A model generated the notes under the pieces. The model saw nothing but the letters and a program-made list of their open reading frames with translations, was not told the DNA's origin and made no database searches. A stretch of 63,805 nucleotides of DNA, filler included, from Octopus bimaculoides (lineage: Eukaryota), in assembly GCF_001194135.2 (NCBI RefSeq). It is 8 parts of 7 records of this genome, joined end to end, with 100 filler letters (N's around TTAATTAATTAA, not from the genome) between each part and the next. Parts side by side here need not be neighbours in the genome. Positions count along the whole stretch, not along the records: positions 22,917 to 36,253 come from NW_026310629.1; 7 more parts are not named here. One strand, 5' to 3'. Both the position numbers and the translations under genes were made by a program. Shown one piece after another: positions 24,351-35,463 of this stretch (positions are counted from its first letter, which is position 1; each line of letters starts with the position of its first letter).

Positions 24351-24959
24351 TTCACGTTTGAGGAATCGCTCATAGGAAACTATATTCTCGTCATACACAC
24401 TCGTATCAATACCAACAGATTTTGCCGACATAAAAATCTGGCAAAGACCGGTTTTATTTCTTTGAAATCCGAATTTAATAGTTTATCTAATTTAAAAATC
24501 TTTTGTAGATATTAAAAAAAAAAAAAAAAGAAGAAAAAAAGACCACATTAGTGGATTTTGGCATCGGAAAATTCAATCACCATTTCCACATACATATCGA
24601 TACTTCCATATTTCTCCGACATTAAATTTAACCAAATTTGCATTGCAGACTCTCTCATACTAACAAATGTCGTATCGTGAATCACATCTAAGATATACGC
24701 TTGCGTTTTTGCAAGAAAATTAAAACTAATTTACTCGTTAGGATGTTAATTAACAAATTTTTATTAAATTCAAAAATATTAACTGGTGAAAAAAATCCTA
24801 CCCTTGTACAGAGTTCAAGCAAAATTGATAGATCAGATCTGCTGGCTTTTGTAACTTTGTTTCTGTCAGTAGCCGAGATGTGCATCGGGTGTGTGACAAT
24901 GCGTGACTTAATGGGCAGAGCTATGCGACTCACTTTCGCAGGGTCATGAGTTCGATAAT

Positions 24960-25390
24960 GGCGTCAAACTGGCAGAAACGTTAGCACGCCGGGCGAAACG
25001 CTTATGATATTTCGTCTGCCGTTACGTTCTGAGTTCAAATTCCGCCGAGTTCGACTTAGCCTTTCATTCTCTCGGGGTCGATTAAATAAGTACCAGTTAC
25101 GCACTGGGTTCGATGTAATCGACTTAATCCATTTGTCTGTCCCTTGTTTGTCCTCACTGTGTTTAGCCCCTTGTGGGCAATAAAGAAATAAGAAACGTTT
25201 GCACGCCGGGCGAAATACTTAGCGGTATTTCGTCTGCCGCTACGTTCTGAGTTCGAATTCCGCCGGGGTCGACTTTGCCTTTCATCCTTTCGGGGTCGAT
25301 AAATTAAGTACCAGCTGCGTACTGGTGTCGATCTCATCGACTGACTCCCTCCCCCAAAATTTCGGGCCTTGTGCCGAGCGTAGAAAAGAC
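24960..25390 (+). mobile_element. Two tandem SINE family B copies (about 24960-25190 and 25191-25390)
   Basis: Both carry AGAAACGTT(A/T)GCACGCCGGGCGAAA...GTTCTGAGTTC(A/G)AATTCCGCC. Confidence 0.88.
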
Positions 25391-25519
25391 TGCTAAGAGT
25401 TTCATCCCTTGATGCTCGTTTTGTCCTTGAGCAAGACACTTATTTCACATGGCCCTGGAAAAACTGGGTTTTCTCTGTAATATTAAAGGGTCGGCACGAT
25501 TTGGGAAAATAGAAACTTT

Positions 25520-25650
25520 AATTGGTACTCCGTCGGTTACGACGACGAGTGGTCCCAGTCAATCCGATAAATGGAACAGCCTGCTCGTGAAATTAACCTG
25601 CAAGTGGCTGAGTACTCCATGGAGATGTGTAACCCTTAGTGAAGTTCTTA
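25520..25650 (-). mobile_element. SINE family C 3' fragment
   Basis: Reverse complement of the 3' part of 56761-57130. Confidence 0.7.
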
Positions 25651-25704
25651 AGAAGAACACACATGCATACACACATACTTACATACATACATTCATACAT
25701 GCAT

Positions 25705-26030
25705 ACATGATGGCCGTCTACTCGTGACCGAGGAAGACCATTGCTGACCTTCAGGTACATTGTGCGCTCTAGGACTAACTTATATTTTGCCTTTGCGGCT
25801 CCGTTGGTGGCCAATGAGCCCTGCTCTTGACAAGCATACACGATTGCAAACATTGCAGACCAAGCTTTCCCCATTCACTATACGAGTCGTGCGCTTTCGC
25901 GCAGCTCGCTTAAGTTCTTCATGCTGGATACATGCTCTCTCAAAAGTGTCAATCCCCTCCTTAACCTGCTCCCTCCATCTGTGGCGATGACAGGCATTGT
26001 TCTCCCAGTCAGTGTCCTGCATATCACAGG
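25705..26030 (-). mobile_element. RTE/BovB-like LINE 3' end with C-terminal CCHH-like finger
   Basis: WENNACHRHRWREQVKEG...LVCNVCNRVCLSRAGLIGHQRS, the typical RTE C-terminus. Confidence 0.8.
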
Positions 26031-26044
26031 CCTTTAATGAAGAC

Positions 26045-26524
26045 TTGTTGTTGTTGTGTTGTTGGCACTCCGTCGCTTACGACGTCGAGGGTTCCAGTNN
26101 NNNNNNNNNNNNNNNNNNNNNNNNNNNNNNNNNNNNNNNNNNNNNNNNNNNNNNNNNNNNNNNNNNNNNNNNNNNNNNNNNNNNNNNNNNNNNNNNNNNN
26201 NNNNNNNNNNNNNNNNNNNNNNNNNGGCTGAGCACTCCACAGACACGTGTACCCTTAACGTAGTTCTCGGGGATATTCAGCGTGACACAGAGTGTGACAA
26301 GGCTGACCCTTTGAAATACAGGTACAAAAGAAACAGGAAGTAAGAGTGAGAGAAAGTTGTGGTGGAAGAGTACAGCAGGGTTCGCCACCAACCCCTGCCG
26401 GAGCCTCGTGGAGCTTTTAGGTGTTTTTCGCTCAATAAACACTCACAACGCCCGGTCTGGGAATCGAAACTGCGATCCTATGACCGCGAGTCGACTGTCC
26501 TAACCACTGGGCCATTGCGCCTCC
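26045..26524 (-). mobile_element. SINE family C (gapped)
   Basis: Head GGAGGCGCAATGGCCCAGTGGTTAGG, (CAA)n tail; homologous to 56761-57130. Confidence 0.88.
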
Positions 26525-26637
26525 ACGATTGTCCATATAGACATGTGGAATCGTAACTATATACTGAGCTTATATTTACTCATGTATATCTTTTGTGAAA
26601 GCTGCCCGGTCGAGCACCGGCAGAAACGTATGACTGT

Positions 26638-26677
26638 GCCAATCAGCCAATCAGCTAATCAGCCAATCAACCAATCA
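26638..26677 (+). promoter_or_regulatory. 8-bp tandem (GCCAATCA)x5 giving four CCAAT boxes
   Basis: GCCAATCAGCCAATCAGCTAATCAGCCAATCAACCAATCA; function not shown. Confidence 0.3.
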
Positions 26678-27323
26678 CAATCATTTCCCGTACGCAGCTC
26701 ACTAACATCTGTTAATAGTCTCGTTCCGCTTGAATGAAAATTAGCGACAGCGTTGAAAACGGAGAAAAGATTGCAACAACTAAACAACGGTATATTTATT
26801 TCTCCATGAAACTCAGACGAATAATTAACCTGCACACACATACTCATAAACACAAACACACGTGTGTGTGAGTGTTTTAGATATATATATGCATATATAC
26901 ATATGCATATATATANNNNNNNNNNNNNNNNNNNNNNNNNNNNNNNNNNNNNNNNNNNNNNNNNNNNNNNNNNNNNNNNNNNNNNNNNNNNNNNNNNNNN
27001 NNNNNNNNNNNNNNNNNNNNNNNNNNNNNNNNNNNNNNNNNNNNNNNNNNNNNNNNNNNNNNNNNNNNNNNNNNNNNNNNNNNNNNNNNNNNNNNNNNNN
27101 NNNNNNNNNNNNNNNNNNNNNNNNNNNNNNNNNNNNNNNNNNNNNNNNNNNNNNNNNNNNNNNNNNNNNNNNNNNNNNNNNNNNNNNNNNNNNNNNNNNN
27201 NNNNNNNNNNNNNNNNNNNNNNNNNNNNNNNNNNNNNNNNNNNNNNNNNNNNNNNNNNNNNNNNNNNNNNNNNNNNNNNNNNNNNNNNNNNNNNNNNNNN
27301 NNNNNNNNNNNNNNNNNNNNNNN

Positions 27324-27361
<38 letters not shown>

Positions 27362-27434
27362 CACACGATTATATGTATATTTAAATATGTACCAATAATA
27401 CTATTTATGTACATTTTATGAACATTTTTTGGAC

Positions 27435-27600
27435 GCCGAGCGAATTGCTAAGCGAATGTCGTTGGCCTCAACGCTCTGAGTTGAAATTCTGCCTTTCGTG
27501 GTTCATAAAATAAGTACCAGTTGAATACTTGGGTCCATGTAATCGACTTACCCCTCTCCTGAAATTGCAGGCCTTGTGCCAAAAATCTGAAACCGTTATT
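27435..27600 (+). mobile_element. Degenerate SINE family B
   Basis: CTCTGAGTTGAAATTCTGCC...TAAGTACCAGTTG. Confidence 0.65.
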
Positions 27601-27616
27601 TAAGTGTATTATATAG

Positions 27617-27996
27617 CCCGCTTACCAACCACATGGTTACGGGTTCAGTTCCACTGCGTGGCACCTTGGGCAAGTGTCTTCTGCTATAGCCTCGGGCCGA
27701 CCAAAGCCTTGGGAGTGGATTTGGTAGATGAAAACTGAAAGAATCCCGTCGTATATATGTATATATGTATGCGTGTGTATATTTTTAGTATGTCTGTGTT
27801 TGTGTCCCCAGCATCGCTTGACAGCCGATGCTGGTGTGTTTACGTCCCCGTAACCAAGCGGTTCGACAAAAGAGACCGATAGACTAAGTACTAGGCTTAC
27901 AAAGAACAAGTCCTGGGGTCGATTTGCTCAACTAAAGGCGGTGCTCCAGCATGGCCGCAGTCAAAAGACTGAAAAAGGTAAAAAAATAAAAGAATA
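27617..27996 (+). mobile_element. SINE family A, near full length
   Basis: Homologous to 23097-23520. Confidence 0.88.
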
Positions 27997-28111
27997 CACA
28001 CATACATACACACACATGCCTATATATACATACATCTATACATATACACATGGATACGTACACACGTACACACTACATGCATACATACATATATACATTC
28101 ATATATACATA

Positions 28112-28396
28112 CATATTCATACTAATAATAATTGGATAATTATGCTTTGTTAGTAAATGCTTAAAGGAGAATCTGGATAAACTGGGATTTTCAGAAAGAG
28201 AAATCGACCGGCTGATTCGTACATTACAAGTGCAATCTGTGAGTGGAACAGTGAAAATATGCAAGACTTTTCTAAAGTTCTAAATGTGAATTTGTCTGTG
28301 TTAACTACATCCCAAAGATGGAGCCTTGTATCTTTGCTGGAAACTGGATCCCTCCTCGGTGGAAGATTTATAATCATAAAAAAATAGAAGAGACAT
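28112..28396 (+). mobile_element. RLE-type LINE copy 1 (shortest, 3' end)
   Basis: Nearly identical to 28580-28865; encodes FVSKCLKENLDKLGFSEREIDRLIRTLQVQSVSGTVKICKTFLKF*. Confidence 0.85.
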
Positions 28397-28452
28397 ACAT
28401 ACACACACATACATCCATCCATCCATCCATCCATCCATACATACATACATAG

Positions 28453-28865
28453 GTATGTACCGTGATAGAAGTTAGTTGTCCTGCAGATATAAATATCTCT
28501 TTGAAAATCAAAGCGAAAGAGGATATATATGGACAACTGTTCCGAAACCTCCAGCTTCTATATCCAGACTATGAATTCATATTCATGCCAATAATAATTG
28601 TTGGAGCTCAAGGTTTTGTTAGTAAATGCTTAAAGGAGAATCTGGATAAACTTGGATTTTCAGAAAGAGAAATCGACCGGCTGCTTCGTACATTACAAGT
28701 GCAATCTGTGAGTGGAACAGTGAAAATATGCAAGACTTTTCTAAAGTTCTAAATGTGAATTTGTGTCTGTTAACTACATCCCAAAGATGGAGCCTTGTAT
28801 CTTTGCTGGAAACTGGATCCCTCCTCGGTGGAAGATTTATAATCATTAAAAAATAGAAGAGACAT
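28453..28865 (+). mobile_element. RLE-type LINE copy 2 (endonuclease second half and 3' UTR)
   Basis: VIEVSCPADINISLKIKAKEDIYGQLFRNLQLLYPDYEFIFMPIIIVGAQG, matching the RLE E...K..Y...P.I.GA.G signature. Confidence 0.85.
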
Positions 28866-28871
28866 GCATAC

Positions 28872-29292
28872 GATGATAGTGACTTTAATCGTGAAAAAGG
28901 TCTGTCATGGGCCCACAACCGGATTACTATCTTCCTCTTTGAAGGCTACGCATTTGCAAACCACGAACATATTAACCAAATACCTGATACAGAAAAGGAT
29001 CAAGGATGCAGGAAAAGCAGTAAAATGTGACAACCGATTCAGACTTTGTGAAGTTAACACCAAAGGTATCACCCCGCATCATAAGCAGTTGTACGAAACT
29101 GTCATCACGGTATTATTTACCGACGAGACATGATTTTGTAGGTAGTACACTGCATAATGTAATCCGTCGAACGAAAGGATAGCCACGCGGACAAAGAAAT
29201 GGTAGAAGCCATGGCCACTCATAATAAAAAGGGGTTACTGGTGGAATGTCCCAGTGAAAACCTAAAAACAATGTAAACACAATAGACCGGAC
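28872..29292 (+). mobile_element. RLE-type LINE copy 3 (zinc knuckle to PD motif), frameshifted, cut by a SINE
   Basis: TKYLIQKR...CDNRFRLCEVNTKGIT/RIISSCTKLSSRYYLPTRHD...YWWNVPVKT*KQCKHNRPD: decayed CCHC knuckle, RH motif and PD. Confidence 0.8.
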
Positions 29293-29294
29293 AA

Positions 29295-29473
29295 GGCGGC
29301 GACCTGGCAGAAACGTTAGCACGGCGGGCGAAACGCTTAGCGGTATTTCGTCTGCCGTTACGTTCTGAGTTCAAATTCCGCCGAGGTCGACTTTGCCTTT
29401 CATCCTTTCGGGGTCGATAAATTAAGTACCAGTTACGTACTGGGGTCGATGTAATCGACTTAATCCCTTTGTC
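29295..29473 (+). mobile_element. SINE family B
   Basis: GGCGGCGACCTGGCAGAAACGTTAGCACG..., runs into a gap. Confidence 0.9.
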
Positions 29474-30791
29474 NNNNNNNNNNNNNNNNNNNNNNNNNNN
29501 NNNNNNNNNNNNNNNNNNNNNNNNNNNNNNNNNNNNNNNNNNNNNNNNNNNNNNNNNNNNNNNNNNNNNNNNNNNNNNNNNNNNNNNNNNNNNNNNNNNN
29601 NNNNNNNNNNNNNNNNNNNNNNNNNNNNNNNNNNNNNNNNNNNNNNNNNNNNNNNNNNNNNNNNNNNNNNNNNNNNNNNNNNNNNNNNNNNNNNNNNNNN
29701 NNNNNNNNNNNNNNNNNNNNNNNNNNNNNNNNNNNNNNNNNNNNNNNNNNNNNNNNNNNNNNNNNNNNNNNNNNNNNNNNNNNNNNNNNNNNNNNNNNNN
29801 NNNNNNNNNNNNNNNNNNNNNNNNNNNNNNNNNNNNNNNNNNNNNNNNNNNNNNNNNNNNNNNNNNNNNNNNNNNNNNNNNNNNNNNNNNNNNNNNNNNN
29901 NNNNNNNNNNNNNNNNNNNNNNNNNNNNNNNNNNNNNNNNNNNNNNNNNNNNNNNNNNNNNNNNNNNNNNNNNNNNNNNNNNNNNNNNNNNNNNNNNNNN
30001 NNNNNNNNNNNNNNNNNNNNNNNNNNNNNNNNNNNNNNNNNNNNNNNNNNNNNNNNNNNNNNNNNNNNNNNNNNNNNNNNNNNNNNNNNNNNNNNNNNNN
30101 NNNNNNNNNNNNNNNNNNNNNNNNNNNNNNNNNNNNNNNNNNNNNNNNNNNNNNNNNNNNNNNNNNNNNNNNNNNNNNNNNNNNNNNNNNNNNNNNNNNN
30201 NNNNNNNNNNNNNNNNNNNNNNNNNNNNNNNNNNNNNNNNNNNNNNNNNNNNNNNNNNNNNNNNNNNNNNNNNNNNNNNNNNNNNNNNNNNNNNNNNNNN
30301 NNNNNNNNNNNNNNNNNNNNNNNNNNNNNNNNNNNNNNNNNNNNNNNNNNNNNNNNNNNNNNNNNNNNNNNNNNNNNNNNNNNTCCTCCTCCTTCTCCAC
30401 GCTCACGCTGACATTGAACTGTTCGAAATTCGATTATAGATCTATCTACATACATAAAACATATTTCACACAAGGCAGCGAAAATTTGCATAAATATAAA
30501 TATACATTTGCATATATCGAATATGGAGTTGTGTGTGTATGTGTTTGTGTTTGTGATTATGTGTGTGCATATGTGTGTGTGTCTGTGTCAGCGTGTATGG
30601 GTGTGTGTGTTTGAGTGAGTGTGTGTATGTGTGTGTGTGTGTCNNNNNNNNNNAGCGTGTATGGGTGTGTGTGTTTGAGTGAGTGTGTGTATGTGTGTGT
30701 GTGTGTCTTTATCAGTGTATGTGTCTGTGTATGTGTGTTTCAGTGAATGTGTGTATGTGTTTGTGTGAGTGTATGTGTGTGTGTTTGTGAG

Positions 30792-30821
<30 letters not shown>

Positions 30822-30827
<6 letters not shown>

Positions 30828-30991
30828 TTAGAAATGCAGAGGCGCCTATAATAGGACATCTACTCGCTAGAAATAGCAGCAAAAATACTACATACCACAA
30901 AAGTTAGGGATAATTTCGAAAGGAAATGAAAAATAAAAACTTTTACCAATCTATATTCTGTACCATGGTTTCAAGTCAATTTTAGTAAGAT
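30822..30991 (-). repeat. Inverted copy of 31867-32036, containing the 3' half of the hammerhead (30955-30977)
   Basis: 169/170 identity by manual alignment (only G30842 vs T32016 differs). Confidence 0.9.
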
Positions 30992-31825
30992 NNNNNNNNN
31001 NNNNNNNNNNNNNNNNNNNNNNNNNNNNNNNNNNNNNNNNNNNNNNNNNNNNNNNNNNNNNNNNNNNNNNNNNNNNNNNNNNNNNNNNNNNNNNNNNNNN
31101 NNNNNNNNNNNNNNNNNNNNNNNNNNNNNNNNNNNNNNNNNNNNNNNNNNNNNNNNNNNNNNNNNNNNNNNNNNNNNNNNNNNNNNNNNNNNNNNNNNNN
31201 NNNNNNNNNNNNNNNNNNNNNNNNNNNNNNNNNNNNNNNNNNNNNNNNNNNNNNNNNNNNNNNNNNNNNNNNNNNNNNNNNNNNNNNNNNNNNNNNNNNN
31301 NNNNNNNNNNNNNNNNNNNNNNNNNNNNNNNNNNNNNNNNNNNNNNNNNNNNNNNNNNNNNNNNNNNNNNNNNNNNNNNNNNNNNNNNNNNNNNNNNNNN
31401 NNNNNNNNNNNNNNNNNNNNNNNNNNNNNNNNNNNNNNNNNNNNNNNNNNNNNNNNNNNNNNNNNNNNNNNNNNNNNNNNNNNNNNNNNNNNNNNNNNNN
31501 NNNNNNNNNNNNNNNNNNNNNNNNNNNNNNNNNNNNNNNNNNNNNNNNNNNNNNNNNNNNNNNNNNNNNNNNNNNNNNNNNNNNNNNNNNNNNNNNNNNN
31601 NNNNNNNNNNNNNNNNNNNNNNNNNNNNNNNNNNNNNNNNNNNNNNNNNNNNNNNNNNNNNNNNNNNNNNNNNNNNNNNNNNNNNNNNNNNNNNNNNNNN
31701 NNNNNNNNNNNNNNNNNNNNNNNNNNNNNNNNNNNNNNNNNNNNNNNNNNNNNNNNNNNNNNNNNNNNNNNNNNNNNNNNNNNNNNNNNNNNNNNNNNNN
31801 NNNNNNNNNNNNNNNNNNNTGGTCA

Positions 31826-31903
31826 ATTCTGCTGACGAAAGTCTGACCTTGTAAGATATAATCTTTATCTTACTAAAATTGACTTGAAACCATGGTACAG
31901 AAT
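31826..31903 (+). ncRNA. Type I hammerhead ribozyme with extended stem II
   Basis: AUUCUG CUGACGA AAGUC-[7x7 internal loop, GUAAGAUA/UAUCUUAC hairpin]-GACUU GAAA C-CAUG-G U A CAGAAU; GUA cleavage after 31897. Confidence 0.88.
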
Positions 31904-32135
31904 ATAGATTGGTAAAAGTTTTTATTTTTCATTTCCTTTCGAAATTATCCCTAACTTTTGTGGTATGTAGTATTTTTGCTGCTATTTCTAGCGAGTAGAT
32001 GTCCTATTATAGGCGTCTCTGCATTTCTAATGAATAATACATAGTCTATTGACTGTTTTTACTCTCGCTAGGCCACTGGTGGTAAATAAAATTTCTAAAA
32101 TTTTCTTTGCCACCCTATAATTTATTAATAATGAT

Positions 32136-32185
<50 letters not shown>

Positions 32186-32679
32186 ACTTACAAATAGATG
32201 CACACACACACACACACACAGACATATATAAGCGTACATATCTACACAAACACATTCATACATACATATACATACATTCATTTACAGATATGTAAATGCA
32301 CACATACGCATATGAATGTACACACACAAAGACACACAGATACACACGCACCCACACACACATTCACTTCTCTCTATATATACATATACCCATATATGTA
32401 CTTATACATCTTCATCTTCATATATATATACGTGTATATATGTTTGTGTGCATATATATACACACACACAGCACACACACACACAGCACACATTCATGCA
32501 CATTTGACACACACACACACTATTGTATGTATATGTGTGTGTGTAGCGTGTCCTAATGTTCGACCCGAAACAGTAACTTTACACCGTTCAAACTCCAAAT
32601 TTTCTTCTGGATCTGCGAAGCCAACTGCTTCGTCACCATTTGATCTGCAAGAATTAACAGTTAAACCTCCCTCTGACTA

Positions 32680-32946
32680 CCTCTCTGTTTCTGTCTGTCT
32701 GTCTGTCTGTCTGTCTCCCTCCCTCTGTGTTTCTGCTTGTCTCTTTCTCTGTCCAAAGAGGGAGAAAGAGAGAGAGACAGACAAACAGACAGACACAGTG
32801 GCAGTCTCTCTCTCTTTCTCCCTCTAATTCTATTTGTCTGTCCCTCTTTCTCTCTCTCTCTTCTATTTTGCCTCTGTGTCTCTGCTTGTCTGTCTCTCTC
32901 TGCCTATCTGTCTGTCACTCCCTCTGTGTCTCTGCTTGTCTCTCTC

Positions 32947-32979
<33 letters not shown>

Positions 32980-33080
32980 GTCTTTCTGTCTGTCTGTCTC
33001 TCTGTGATCTCTCTCTATCTGTCTCCCTCTCTTCCTCTGTGTCTCTGCTTGTCTGTCTCTCTCTGTGTCTTTCTGTCTAT
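32680..33080. repeat. CT/TGTC low-complexity tract
   Basis: Direct reading. Confidence 0.85.
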
Positions 33081-33084
33081 CTCG

Positions 33085-33860
33085 AGATCACCTTCCAATT
33101 GGGTCAGTTTTAAGAATGTCTTGCGATTCTTTCCTGTAATATTCTAATCATATGTCCGTGGAACCAGAACTGTAACCACTCAGTACAAAGTTTCGATTTG
33201 TTCTTCATATATTCTCCAAGACTATACCCTTAGAATACCTGCCAATTGGCTCAGTTTGAAGAATCTGTCTTACAATTCTTTCCTGTGGCATTCTTTGCTT
33301 GTAGAACCGGAGTTGTGATCTTCTCAGTACAAAGAACTTGTGAGTCATCCTTAAAAGACTCTCCAAGATTATGGATATCATCCCAACAGTTCATTTCTTG
33401 GTCTGGCCCTTGATCGCAACTTGACTCACCTTGAAGAATCTTTCTTCTAATTCTTTCCTGCAATTTTCTAACCACATGTCTTTAGTGACAAAGTGGTGAC
33501 CTTTCCATGCGGCGAAATAATGGTTTGGCTTGGAGAAACTCCAGAGATTATGGATATTATCCAACCATCTCGTTCTTGGTCAATCCCTTGTTCTTCACTC
33601 GACTCAGCCGGAAGAATTTATCTTCTGAGCCTTTCCTGTGACATTCTAATCTGCAGTACCGGAGCTGTGGCATTTCAATGCGGAGGAATAACGGTTCAAA
33701 CTGGAGAGACTACCAGAGACTGTGAATATTATCCAAAAATCGGATTCTTGGTCTAATCTTAGGTCTTGTGCCGGTTGGTTCGGTTTGAAGAACGCGTCTT
33801 CCAATTCTTATCCGTAACATTCTATTCACCTGACGGTTGTACCGGAACTGTGACCGGAAA
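33085..33860. repeat. Diverged about 175-bp tandem repeat, five units
   Basis: GAAGAAT...TTCTTTCCTG anchor at about 33111, 33258, 33433, 33611, 33787. Confidence 0.7.
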
Positions 33861-34174
33861 CTTAGCAGCTCCACCTGGAATATATCTTACGAAGTAGAAT
33901 GGTAAATGAATTAAAATTATGTCGAAGTGTTGTTTAGCGTCCTTGAATAAGAATATCAGAGAAATATGGACTCTTTTACACATTTGGTCATTCCAAAGTC
34001 ACCGCCCATACATCCGCTCACGCACCTTCTCCACCTGGCACTTATTATATCGGTACTTTTGCCGTACTACTAAGTCTCGAGGACGTAAACACAGCAATAC
34101 CAGTACAAACACACACACACACACACACATACACACACGCGCGCAAATACACACACACACACACACACATTTAG

Positions 34175-34300
34175 AGGATGGGCTTCCATCCAGTTTCCAG
34201 AAATCATTAATTGGTGCGGAGCTATAATAGATGACATTTTCCCAAGGTGCCGTTTGGTAGGACTGAAACCGAAGCTACGTCGTTGCCAAGCGACCTTCTT
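34175..34300 (-). mobile_element. Degenerate SINE family A head
   Basis: GGGCTTCC..CAGTTTCC...CCCAAGGTGCC...GGACTGAAACC. Confidence 0.55.
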
Positions 34301-34391
34301 AACCCCTACCTCATACATGCACGTGCATGTGTGTGTGTGTGTGTGTGTGCGCGTATACATATACACACTCATATATATGTATGTATGTATG

Positions 34392-34423
<32 letters not shown>

Positions 34424-35408
34424 NNNNNNNNNNNNNNNNNNNNNNNNNNNNNNNNNNNNNNNNNNNNNNNNNNNNNNNNNNNNNNNNNNNNNNNNNNNNN
34501 NNNNNNNNNNNNNNNNNNNNNNNNNNNNNNNNNNNNNNNNNNNNNNNNNNNNNNNNNNNNNNNNNNNNNNNNNNNNNNNNNNNNNNNNNNNNNNNNNNNN
34601 NNNNNNNNNNNNNNNNNNNNNNNNNNNNNNNNNNNNNNNNNNNNNNNNNNNNNNNNNNNNNNNNNNNNNNNNNNNNNNNNNNNNNNNNNNNNNNNNNNNN
34701 NNNNNNNNNNNNNNNNNNNNNNNNNNNNNNNNNNNNNNNNNNNNNNNNNNNNNNNNNNNNNNNNNNNNNNNNNNNNNNNNNNNNNNNNNNNNNNNNNNNN
34801 NNNNNNNNNNNNNNNNNNNNNNNNNNNNNNNNNNNNNNNNNNNNNNNNNNNNNNNNNNNNNNNNNNNNNNNNNNNNNNNNNNNNNNNNNNNNNNNNNNNN
34901 NNNNNNNNNNNNNNNNNNNNNNNNNNNNNNNNNNNNNNNNNNNNNNNNNNNNNNNNNNNNNNNNNNNNNNNNNNNNNNNNNNNNNNNNNNNNNNNNNNNN
35001 NNNNNNNNNNNNNNNNNNNNNNNNNNNNNNNNNNNNNNNNNNNNNNNNNNNNNNNNNNNNNNNNNNNNNNNNNNNNNNNNNNNNNNNNNNNNNNNNNNNN
35101 NNNNNNNNNNNNNNNNNNNNNNNNNNNNNNNNNNNNNNNNNNNNNNNNNNNNNNNNNNNNNNNNNNNNNNNNNNNNNNNNNNNNNNNNNNNNNNNNNNNN
35201 NNNNNNNNNNNNNNNNNNNNNNNNNNNNNNNNNNNNNNNNNNNNNNNNNNNNNNNNNNNNNNNNNNNNNNNNNNNNNNNNNNNNNNNNNNNNNNNNNNNN
35301 NNNNNNNNNNNNNNNNNNNNNNNNNNNNNNNNNNNNNNNNNNNNNNNNNNNNNNNNNNNNNNNNNNNNNNNNNNNNNNNNNNNNNNNNNNNNNNNNNNNN
35401 NNNNNNNN

Positions 35409-35463
<55 letters not shown>

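Noticed and set aside
26590-26640. Hammerhead-like TGCC..GGCA GAAACGTA
   Set aside because: No CUGANGA core and no stem I
32555-32660. Possible minus-strand exon after TTAATTCTTGCAG
   Set aside because: Weak donor, no recognisable peptide and no partner exons
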